NCBI GenBank assembly: GCA_963801815.1
Contig: CAWDGJ010000005.1
Location: 1-13,889 of the forward strand
Source: an uncultured Verrucomicrobiae bacterium
GTDB taxonomy: Bacteria; Verrucomicrobiota; Verrucomicrobiia; Chthoniobacterales; UBA10450
Length of the DNA: 13,889 nt
Reading direction: 5' to 3'
Position 1 is the stretch's first letter; every line of letters starts with the position of its first letter. Under the pieces are notes generated by a model, which made no database searches, was not told the DNA's origin, and was given only the letters and a program-made list of their open reading frames with translations. The translations under genes were made by a program, and so were the position numbers. Positions 1-7,416 of the stretch are shown piece by piece.

Positions 1-27
1 GGTCGCACGTCGGCGGTTCGTTTTGAC

Positions 28-146
28 TCCCCTCTCCGCTTCGGTAAGGCGAGAGGATTAGCGTAATGGATTTGATCTAGAGACGCGCAGGATCCGCTGG
101 ACGCGACGCTCACCCATCCCCTCTTCCTCGCTGAAGGAGAGGCGAC
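28..146. repeat. Two degenerate, oppositely oriented copies of a CCCTCACC..CCTCTCCC-N-GGGAGAGG palindromic repeat (REP-like)
   Basis: 28-70 reads CCCCTCTCC-gcttcggtaagg-CGAGAGGattagcgtaatgg and 107-146 reads CGCTCACCcatccCCTCTTCC-tcgctgaa-GGAGAGGcgac. Both resemble the cleaner copy at 12362-12420. Confidence 0.6.
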
Positions 147-222
147 CCGTACCAACCGCGGGCGTATCCTCTGTCTGACTCCAAATTGAAAAGCTGCCAG
201 GACTAGCGTGCTTCATGCGCAA

Positions 223-1822
223 TCAAGCTTTTTGCGCGGTTGCAGCCGGATAATATGATCGGACCACCAGTTCACTCAAGAATTTGTCGGGTTCATTAAC
301 CGCATCGGCGTTCAACACAAATTGTTTTTGGCCTGTATTCTTATGAATCAGGCTGAGCCCGAACTGATAATCCTTAAACAAATGGGCACATAACTGGGAG
401 GTTGTCATCCTTTCCGCCTGGGCACGTTCTACCAAACGATGCAACGCGCCATCGTCAAAGGTAATCTCGAGCCCGTGCTCACGCTTAAATCGGTCGCCAA
501 ATCCGCGGACATCGGACTCGAGCTCTGGCTTCCTGCTCATGGCCCTCCGCCATCAGGCGTTCGAGCACACGCTTTGGTTCGCTCACGAGCTCCGCCGTCA
601 CCCGCAGCTGACTCAAACCCGACCCGGCAAGATGGTATTTGTAGTCGCGGAAGAGTTTTTCGAACACCGTCACAAGGCCGCGCGCGCCGGTCTTTTCCTT
701 GGCTGCGGCTTCGGCAATGAGCTGAAGCGCTTCATCTTCGAAACTGATTTCGATGCCATAGGCCCGGAAGGCGCGCTCGTACTGCCGCAAAATGCTGCCC
801 TCCGAGAACTTCATGATTTTGTAAAGATCGTCCGGCGTCAAGTTCTTCGCACACCACCCGGACCGGAAGGCGCCCGATGAATTCCGGTTCAAAGCCGTAA
901 TCGACGAAGTCCTGCGTGGTGACGTGCTGGAATAATTCGTTATCCATCACCGGCGTGGGCTGCGCGCTGAAACCGATCTGGCCCTGCGGGAAATCCGCTG
1001 AGACACCTGTTGTTTCAGCCGTTCAAACGCGCCGCTAACGACAAACAGAATATGGCGCGTGTTGATGGTCTCGCGCCTGGCTTTGCCCTTCCGTTGAAAT
1101 TCGAAAGCAGCCTGCAACTGCGCCTGGAGATCGTTCATGCTGCGCAACGGCACTTCCGTTTCTTCCATCAGCTTCAGCAGCGTGGTCTGAACCCCGCGCC
1201 CGCTGACATCGCGCCCGATCATGTTTCCGCTCGATGCGATCTTGTCGATCTCGTCGATATAAATGATGCCGAATTGCGCCAGGTTAACGTCTCCATCGGC
1301 CTTGTGAACCAGCTCCCGCACCAGATCTTCCACATCGCCGCCGACGTAACCGGTCTCGCTGAACTTCGTGGCGTCCGCCTTAACGAACGGCACCTTGATC
1401 AGGTCCGCGATGTGTTTGATCAGGTAGGTTTTGCCAACGCCGGTCGGCCCAACCAGGATCACGTTCTGTTTGGCGTATTCGATTTCTTCCGCGCGGTCCG
1501 CATCTTCCTTTTCGAGCTGCGCAGATACTTCGCGTGGTTGTAGTGATCGCAGACCGCGATCGCCAGGACCTTTTTCGCCTCTTCCTGTTTGATGACAAAG
1601 CGGTCCAGGTGAGCCTTGATGTCGCGCGGAAGAAAATTGAACTCGAATTCTTCGCCCTCCACCCTGGCGATCTTTTCTTCTGCCGCTCTCAGCGGGCTCA
1701 GGTGCGGCAAAGGTAGCGAACGATACCCGGTCACCGAAGTTCGATTTCATGAACTCGGCGATCTTGGATTTCAGCTCTTCCGGTGACGGAAATGGTGGTG
1801 GTAGCGGTGGGTTTTGTGCCAT
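223..1822 (-). CDS. clpX: ClpX-like AAA+ ATPase (no N-terminal Zn-binding domain, C-terminal extension); split by about 5 frameshifts, probably sequencing errors
   Basis: Joined across ORFs 947..1903, 1459..1734, 732..950, 485..892 and 223..540: [31 protein letters not shown], Walker [25 protein letters not shown], Walker [31 protein letters not shown] loop (QGQIGF, ~985-970), [22 protein letters not shown] at 1822 ([12 protein letters not shown]). Confidence 0.85.
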
Positions 1823-1958
1823 GTGCAGAAAACAATCGTGCCAAAGACGCTTCGTGGCAACGGTTGGTCTAAACCCTGACCCTGGCGCGCGACGATCGTT
1901 CATTTTCTGTTTTTGCCTTTTGCGAAAAAGGCTTGTGTCGATCTGCAGCGGGCAGAGT

Positions 1959-2025
1959 TGTAGGCGGGATCGGTGATGCCGGGTTTTTCAAAGTTGGGCT
2001 GCCGGGATCGGCCATCCCGGCTACA
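1959..2025. repeat. Inverted pair of GTAG-type REP palindromes (REPIN/BIME-like)
   Basis: Left TGTAG-GCGGGATCGGTGATGCCGG (1959-1982). Right CCGGGATCGGCCATCCCGG-CTACA (2002-2025), whose reverse complement is TGTAG-CCGGGATGGCCGATCCCGG. Confidence 0.75.
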
Positions 2026-2043
2026 ATGTATCCTCCTCTGATT

Positions 2044-2985
2044 ATGAAAGGACTTCCAACTGGTGGACCGAAAACGAGCCAGTTCGCGGTTTCAAAAGAG
2101 GATGCAAAATCGCGCCTCGATCGTTTTCTAGCAAAGCGGCTTCCTGAGTATTCGCGGTCGCGTCTTCAACATTTGATCCACACTGGATTTGTCCGACTCA
2201 ACGACGCTGTTACCCGGCCGCGTCAACTTATTCGATATGGCGATAAAATCGAACTAACCGAGCCGCCGCTCGAAAAAATCGAGACCAGACCGGAAGCAAT
2301 TCCACTCGAGATTCTGTTCGAAGACGACGACCTGGTCGTCATCAACAAACCTGCCGGCATGACGGTGCATCCCGGAGCGGGTCACCGCGAACACACTTTG
2401 GTCAACGCGCTGCTGCACCATTGCCCGACATTGTCGGGTATCGGCGGAAAAGAACGGCCGGGTATCGTTCACCGGCTTGATAAGGAAACAAGCGGCTGTC
2501 TCGTTGCAGCAAAGAATGACGTCACGCATCGGCACTTATCGAAACAGTTCGCCGAGCGCAGCGTGGACAAAATCTATCTCGCGCTGGTCGCCGGAAAATT
2601 GCGGAAACAAACAGGCGTGATCGAAGAAAAAATCGGGCGACATCCGGTTCATCGGCAACGAATGAGCGTTAGTTCACCGCGCGGTCGCGCGGCCATGACC
2701 GAATACCGCGTCCTACATTCGAACGAGCAGGTGAGTCTCCTTGAATGCCGGCTTCACAGCGGGCGCACACATCAGGTCCGCGTGCATCTTCATCATCTTG
2801 GTCATCCGGTGTTGGGCGATAAAATCTACGGGCCGCGGTTCGCGAAAAATTTTCCGCGCCAGATGCTGCACGCGTGGAAGCTCGGGTTCCGTCACCCTCG
2901 CACCGGCGAATGGAAGAATTTCGAAGCGCCGTTGCCTGACGATTTCAAACAAGCCATTGCAGTGGTAAGGCTGCAGAGGGGCTGA
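2044..2985 (+). CDS. rluD: RluA-family 23S rRNA pseudouridine synthase with S4 domain (RluD-like)
   Basis: S4 motif RLDRFLAKRLPEYSRSRLQ, INKPAGMTVHPGAG, catalytic RPGIVHRLDKETSG, GRTHQVRVH, GHPVLGDKIYG, RQMLHAWKLGF. Uninterrupted ORF. Start set at ATG 2044 because the upstream in-frame part runs through the REP. Confidence 0.92.
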   Translation: MKGLPTGGPKTSQFAVSKEDAKSRLDRFLAKRLPEYSRSRLQHLIHTGFVRLNDAVTRPRQLIRYGDKIELTEPPLEKIETRPEAIPLEILFEDDDLVVINKPAGMTVHPGAGHREHTLVNALLHHCPTLSGIGGKERPGIVHRLDKETSGCLVAAKNDVTHRHLSKQFAERSVDKIYLALVAGKLRKQTGVIEEKIGRHPVHRQRMSVSSPRGRAAMTEYRVLHSNEQVSLLECRLHSGRTHQVRVHLHHLGHPVLGDKIYGPRFAKNFPRQMLHAWKLGFRHPRTGEWKNFEAPLPDDFKQAIAVVRLQRG

Positions 2986-3022
2986 CTACGAGCACCACGG
3001 ACAGCTGACCACCAGACCAACG
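2984..3022. repeat. Degenerate 7-8 bp GAC-anchored tandem array (left arm flanking the four-helix-bundle gene)
   Basis: GACTACGA GCACCACG GACAGCT GACCACCA GACCAACG. Confidence 0.6.
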
Positions 3023-3437
3023 AATCAGGCCAATCGCGATCAGACTCGTCGCAGTCGCAATGATTTTGCCAAGTTTGCAGCTTCTCGTCAACCGGCCTGA
3101 ATCAAACCGTGGAGCACAGGCAAATGTCGAGCTTTGTTGGTGCCTCGCGAGCGCGTCAGCTTGTTCTTCCCCGAAGTAATTGAGCCGGCGAGCAAGGTGA
3201 ACAAAATATTGCGCTTCAGCTAACGAGCCCGGCGCAATGTGAAAGAAAATGCAAGATAATCCTTCTTAGTTTCCCGCAAGCCCCTTCAACGATGTTCGCT
3301 GGGACAGAATAAGCAGCCCCCGCAGTTGACTCGTTAGTCCGTAAGTCGGTTCTTTAGGAATGGATCTCTCGTTCGTAAACGGTGACCGTGAGGTCATCCG
3401 CCAGCCTCCACGCTTCGATTTTCGTATAGTCTCTCAT
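2986..3437 (-). pseudogene. Four helix bundle protein (TIGR02436 / 23S rRNA IVS protein-like family), multiply frameshifted
   Basis: Manual minus-strand translation from ATG 3437 across frames: MRDYTKIEAWRLADDLTVTVYE / SIPKEPTYGLTSQLR / AAYSVPANIVEGA / RETKKDY / LHFL / GSLAEAQYFVHLARRLNY / GKIIATATSLIAIGLIRWSGGQLSV. This matches the family pattern P.EE.YGL.SQ.RRAA.S...NI.EG..R. At least six indels are needed. The 3' end is approximate. Confidence 0.8.
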
Positions 3438-3442
3438 TTCGT

Positions 3443-3492
3443 TTAGTCCCGTTGTCTTTTGGTCAATTGTCTTGTTGTCCGTCGCGATAGTC
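3443..3492. repeat. Degenerate 7-8 bp GAC-anchored tandem array in inverted orientation (right arm), overlapping the MaoC 3' end
   Basis: Reverse complement reads GACTATCGC GACG GACAACAA GACAATT GACCAAAA GACAACGG GACTAA. Confidence 0.6.
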
Positions 3493-3940
3493 TCCGCCGC
3501 TTGCGCCTTCGCACCAGTGCGCTGGCCAGCATCGTTTGCACAATCTCGCCGCGCTGGTTCGTGGTCACGTTGCGCAGACGAATGATCCCGTAGCGAGGCC
3601 GCGAGCGCGAGAGGCGCATATCAAGAATCTTCGTCTCAACCGTGAGCACGTCGCCGGGTCGCACCGCATTGGGCCAGCGCAGCTTATCCACGCCCAGTCC
3701 GATTGCGCCTTTCGCGTGGTTCAGTGTTTGCACAAACAGTCGCATGGTCATCGCCGCGGTGTGCCAGCCGCTGGCAACGAGTCCTTTAAAAATCGTTCGC
3801 TCCGCATCCTTGCGGCTGAGATGAAACATCTGCGGATCAAACTTGCGGGCAAACTCGATGAGCTTCTTCTCTGTCACTCTCACCGGTTCCGATTTGAAGC
3901 GGTCGCCTACCTTCAAATCGTCGAAATAACGCGCTTTCAT
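3443..3940 (-). CDS. MaoC-family (hotdog fold) dehydratase
   Basis: YFDDLKVGDRF, IEFARKFDPQMFHL, GLVASGWHTAAMTMRL, GLGVDKLRWPNAVRPGDVL, NQRGEIV. ATG at 3940. Confidence 0.88.
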   Translation of the reverse strand: MKARYFDDLKVGDRFKSEPVRVTEKKLIEFARKFDPQMFHLSRKDAERTIFKGLVASGWHTAAMTMRLFVQTLNHAKGAIGLGVDKLRWPNAVRPGDVLTVETKILDMRLSRSRPRYGIIRLRNVTTNQRGEIVQTMLASALVRRRKRRRLSRRTTRQLTKRQRD

Positions 3941-4101
3941 GATGAGAATGCAGGAGCACATTCATGCGCAAATGCTCGCGCTGAGCAACAGTTAACCTGC
4001 CTTTAGCCGAATCGATCGCGTCCGATCCCGCGGCCTCGCAACACTCCGATGGGATTTTTTCCCGCACTTGAAGCCTGCGAGAGAAGGCTCGATTTTGTTG
4101 T

Positions 4102-4524
4102 GTGGCCCAGCGTTTTCCGCGCAGTCCGTCAGAGAAAGTAGCCGGCCTTTTCTATTTCGGCCGAATGCTCGACAAGATCCGGTTCCACGCAAAAGGCGAA
4201 TTACCGTCAGATTATCATGCGAACCTCGGAAAGGGCTTCGATGAAAAATGTATGAAGTTCTTCTGCGTCGATTACGATCAGCTGGTGGAGCGAGTGAAAC
4301 AGGGCGGCACTGATGAGGAAATTTTGGAATGGTGCTTCACAAACGGACGCCAACCGTCCAAAGACGACATTTGCGTCTGGAACGAATTCATGCGCAAGCG
4401 CGGCTGGAACGACGAAGTCTCGGAAATGGTGGAACGCCGGAAAGCGGAGGCAGGAATGTCCGACAGATCGGATATCCAGACGTCATTCCAATTCATCGAC
4501 GCCGATGAAGGGCGGCTGCCATAG
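4102..4524 (+). CDS. DUF5069 domain protein
   Basis: PRSPSEKVAGLFYFGRMLDKIR..KGELPSDY, FDEKCMKFF, DEEILEW and C-terminal IDADEGR are recognised as DUF5069 features. GTG start. Confidence 0.8.
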   Translation: MAQRFPRSPSEKVAGLFYFGRMLDKIRFHAKGELPSDYHANLGKGFDEKCMKFFCVDYDQLVERVKQGGTDEEILEWCFTNGRQPSKDDICVWNEFMRKRGWNDEVSEMVERRKAEAGMSDRSDIQTSFQFIDADEGRLP

Positions 4525-4533
4525 GGCAGAAGG

Positions 4534-4662
4534 CTCCAAATCCCAATTCCCAAATTCCAAACAAACTTCAAACTTCTGAATCGCAAAGCCATTCCGCAGG
4601 GATGCGCCCTGCCTCTATTGATTGGGACTTCGAATTTCTTTGGAGCTTGGATCTTGGGATTT
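4534..4662. repeat. Inverted pair of ~7-bp tandem arrays (CCCAAAT-like / ATTTGGG-like) with a central hairpin, between convergent genes
   Basis: Left AAATCCCAATTCCCAAATTCCAAACAAA vs reverse complement of right AAATCCCAAGATCCAAGCTCCAAAGAAA (22/28 identical). Central GCAGGG-ATGCG-CCCTGC at 4596-4612. Confidence 0.8.
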
Positions 4663-4672
4663 CCGATCGATG

Positions 4673-4957
4673 CTATTCCTCCAAGGTATCGATTCGTTCG
4701 GCGAGATTAAAATCAAGCTCCGTCAAGCCGCCTTTGCTGTGCGTCGATACAGCCAGACGGACTTTGTTGTAGCGGATATCTATGTCCGGATGATGCTCTT
4801 CTTCCTCAGCCACCTCGGCTACTCTGTCCACAAAATCGATCGCATCGACAAAATCATCGAATTCGAAAGTGCGCTCGATCTGGTTCTTCTCCAGTTCCCA
4901 TTCCGGGATCTTTTTCATGCGATCCTTGAGCTCGCTCTGTTTGATCAAGTCAGCCAT
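4673..4957 (-). CDS. phhB: 4a-hydroxytetrahydrobiopterin (pterin-4a-carbinolamine) dehydratase
   Basis: IERTFEFDDFVDAIDFVDRVAEVAEEEEHHPDIDIRYNKV..STHSKGGLTELDFNLAERID is the canonical HHPDI/THxxGGLT signature. Confidence 0.93.
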   Translation of the reverse strand: MADLIKQSELKDRMKKIPEWELEKNQIERTFEFDDFVDAIDFVDRVAEVAEEEEHHPDIDIRYNKVRLAVSTHSKGGLTELDFNLAERIDTLEE

Positions 4958-5009
4958 AACGGACAACGAGTATCACCCGAAAATCGTTTTGCAACGGCAA
5001 ATCGAGCGC

Positions 5010-6152
5010 CTAAGAATCCAGTATCCGGCGCAGATTTTTGACCGAATCAAAGACTTCTACCGCGCACTCCCGCGCTTGCTTCGACAGCCGTGACCAATCC
5101 TGGAGGACTTCGCGCACAGCGATCTCTGCTTGTGCAGCGGATCGGATAAAGCGGAACCCATTTTCCACCGGAAGGTAACCGTCCGCGCCGGTGTCTTCGG
5201 TAATCACGGGACGACCCAGCGCAAGAAAGGCCGCAGCACGATCGCTGATCCAGCCGGTTCGCCACGCTACGTCAACGCCCTTAATCGCGGTGAACTCAGC
5301 GAGCGCGCTGGCGAGGTAGCGGCGGTAAGCTCGAGGCGTGTGCGCGACCCGGTGCGGATCGACAATTTTCCAGCCGAGCCGGTGTAGTCGTTCTCTTTCA
5401 GAATCACCTACGGCGATGTTCATCGCCAGTTCAAATCGCGCTTCTGGAACGCGCGCGGGCAGATCCAGATACGGTCCGAACGCAAATTTCTTCGATAGAT
5501 CCGGAAATTCACCTGCAACCTCCACCGCCCCACCCCAGTACCATTGGCCGACCGTGGTGAATTTCGGTTCGCGCGATCGCGGTCCCGGCTGGAAGAATTT
5601 CGTGTCCACCAATGGATAAAATGTTTTCCAAGGGATCGCTGATTTCGGCAGATGACAATCGTCTCCATCAACGTTAAGCCCAATCGTCCAGAATTCGTGA
5701 TGGTACGATTGCCCCATCTCCATCTTGGTCATCCAATAGAAGATTTCGCTCGGATCGACATCGCAAAAAATGCGCCGCTCGAATTTCAGTAAGAGCGGCG
5801 GATGAATGGAATACGCTAGATTGAGCAGAACATTCGATCCGGCGAGGCGATCGAGCAGTTCACGCTTCGAGATTCCGATGCAATCCATATTGGCCAAATC
5901 ATGCGCGTCATTGGCCGGCTTCTGATAAAGTAAACAATATCGACCAGCCAACCCATGTCCGCGCAACCTTTGCTGGAAATTCGCGATTCTAACTTGGTCC
6001 GTTCGCGGGTCGTTTGTCGCCGGCAACAACTCCAGCCAGATGGCGTCGAGTTTCAACCGCATTAAACCGAGCATCCACTGCAGAGGCACGGAAAGAACGC
6101 CACCGCCTTCGCGATATTTTGCGGCAAAGCCGCAGCCCAGGAAAATGGTCAC
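5010..6152 (-). CDS. Putative GT-B fold glycosyltransferase-like protein
   Basis: N-terminal YREGGG..VPLQWMLGLMRL and C-terminal RTGWISDRAAAFLALGRPVITEDTG resemble the donor-binding region of GT1-like/CgeB-like proteins. Start set at GTG 6152 because the upstream 45 in-frame codons run through a repeat. Confidence 0.6.
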   Translation of the reverse strand: MTIFLGCGFAAKYREGGGVLSVPLQWMLGLMRLKLDAIWLELLPATNDPRTDQVRIANFQQRLRGHGLAGRYCLLYQKPANDAHDLANMDCIGISKRELLDRLAGSNVLLNLAYSIHPPLLLKFERRIFCDVDPSEIFYWMTKMEMGQSYHHEFWTIGLNVDGDDCHLPKSAIPWKTFYPLVDTKFFQPGPRSREPKFTTVGQWYWGGAVEVAGEFPDLSKKFAFGPYLDLPARVPEARFELAMNIAVGDSERERLHRLGWKIVDPHRVAHTPRAYRRYLASALAEFTAIKGVDVAWRTGWISDRAAAFLALGRPVITEDTGADGYLPVENGFRFIRSAAQAEIAVREVLQDWSRLSKQARECAVEVFDSVKNLRRILDS

Positions 6153-6171
6153 TCGAATATAAAACAAGGAA

Positions 6172-6265
6172 AACGCCCAACGCTCAACGTCCAACGTGCC
6201 ATCCAAATTCAAGATTGGGTATTCGCGTTCAATGTTCGGTGTTCGCTCCGTTGGCCGCTGGTTGA
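6172..6265. repeat. Inverted pair of 7-bp tandem arrays (AACGYYC / GTTCRVT)
   Basis: Left AACGCCC AACGCTC AACGTCC AACGTGC (6172-6199). Right ATTCGC GTTCAAT GTTCGGT GTTCGCT CCGTTGG CCGCTGG TTGA (6221-6265). Confidence 0.7.
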
Positions 6266-6305
6266 CGCGATTGCAATGTACCCGCAAATTGACCGCTCTT
6301 TACGG

Positions 6306-6379
6306 GCGCCCGTAGCTCAACTGGATAGAGCATCTGACTACGGATCAGAAGGTTAGTGGTTCGAATCCTCTCGGGCGCG
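6306..6379 (+). tRNA. tRNA-Arg (anticodon ACG)
   Basis: Acceptor GCGCCCG/CGGGCGC, D arm GCTC-AACTGGATA-GAGC, anticodon arm TCTGA-CTACGGA-TCAGA, T loop TTCGAAT, discriminator G. CCA is not encoded. Confidence 0.96.
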
Positions 6380-6418
6380 TTTTCTGTGACTCTTGCTCCT
6401 GCTCGTAATCGAAATCAT

Positions 6419-7321
6419 TCACTGAAAATACGGCCGGATCTGAATGTATTTTTTGTCGCCGATCCCGCTAACCCTCTTTAGCTCGTTGGCGTTTCGGAAC
6501 GGTCGCGCCGCGATAATTCGAGCCGCCATCACCGGTCCAATTCCCGGAACCATTCTCAATTCTTTTTCAGTCGCGGTGTTGACGTCGATCCTGCCTAATT
6601 CGGGCGTTTCTTTTGCATGCGACCTTATAACTTCAATTGGGCTGCCGCTCGCAATCAAAGGAACCGGTGTTGCAGATTTTGGCTGCGACGTATCGACAAG
6701 CGGTTGCGGCGTGGCACTTGGCCACTCCAATGGCTGCCCGCTTATTGCCCAAGCTCCAAGTTTCTTTTGTTTGGCGTCCCGCTCCAACTGCTCGAGCTTT
6801 TGAATTTCGTCCTGTCCACTTGAGCCGTCGGGCGTACCGGGATGAACGCCGTGAATGCGAGCAAGTCCATTGGCGACGAGCTGCTCGCCCAGATCGCCGT
6901 CCCTGGTCCGCACAAGTCCATAGACTCGCTCGATTTTGCTTCGTCCTAATCCTTCCGCCAATCGCGTGATGACGGTGAACGGTTCGGATAGTTTCGCGTC
7001 AACGAATTTTTTTGCGTCCAGACCAATTTCAATGACCTGCGGCACGCTGACCCCAAAATATTCGGCCTGCTCGATCAAGCGCGCCGGACCGACGCTCGCC
7101 GTTTCGGGCGCGTCAACAAAGTAGAGTCGGACGAGATACTCGGTGTCATTCGCCCGAACGTGGAAACTGTCGCCGTCGTTCGCTTTGTTCGGGACGAACT
7201 GACAGTTGTCGAGAGTGATCCAATCCTTTTCTTTCCCCTTTGCGTCGACGCGGTCGATTGCGCTTAACCAAATCGCGCCGCAAATGATCGCGACGAGCGG
7301 CGACGAAAGTTTCTTAATCAT
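6419..7321 (-). CDS. Exported thermonuclease (SNase-like) domain fused to a C-terminal ComEA-type helix-hairpin-helix DNA-binding domain
   Basis: Signal-peptide-like MIKKLSSPLVAIICGAIWLSA. SNase motifs NDGDSF, VRLYFVDAPET, GEQLVANGLARI, AKQKKLGAW. P/S/T-rich linker. RIDVNTATEKELRMVPGIGPVMAARII..RPF..LKRVSGIGDK. The start could alternatively lie as far upstream as 7420. Confidence 0.82.
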   Translation of the reverse strand: MIKKLSSPLVAIICGAIWLSAIDRVDAKGKEKDWITLDNCQFVPNKANDGDSFHVRANDTEYLVRLYFVDAPETASVGPARLIEQAEYFGVSVPQVIEIGLDAKKFVDAKLSEPFTVITRLAEGLGRSKIERVYGLVRTRDGDLGEQLVANGLARIHGVHPGTPDGSSGQDEIQKLEQLERDAKQKKLGAWAISGQPLEWPSATPQPLVDTSQPKSATPVPLIASGSPIEVIRSHAKETPELGRIDVNTATEKELRMVPGIGPVMAARIIAARPFRNANELKRVSGIGDKKYIQIRPYFQ

Positions 7322-7416
7322 GTCCAAACCTCGAACCGGCTCATTCGTTTGAATGTCTTGCATCGCTTTGCCATCCCCCCTGTCGAGACGGCGCGCAAAC
7401 GCTCCGGACTGAATGC

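Noticed and set aside
2986..3437. Four-helix-bundle gene as Avd of a diversity-generating retroelement or as a 23S rRNA intervening sequence
   Set aside because: No reverse transcriptase, TR/VR pair or rRNA gene in the window.
6354..6371. T-T mismatch in the tRNA T stem (AGTGG/CCTCT)
   Set aside because: A single mismatch is tolerated in tRNAs and could be a base-call error. The rest of the cloverleaf is canonical.
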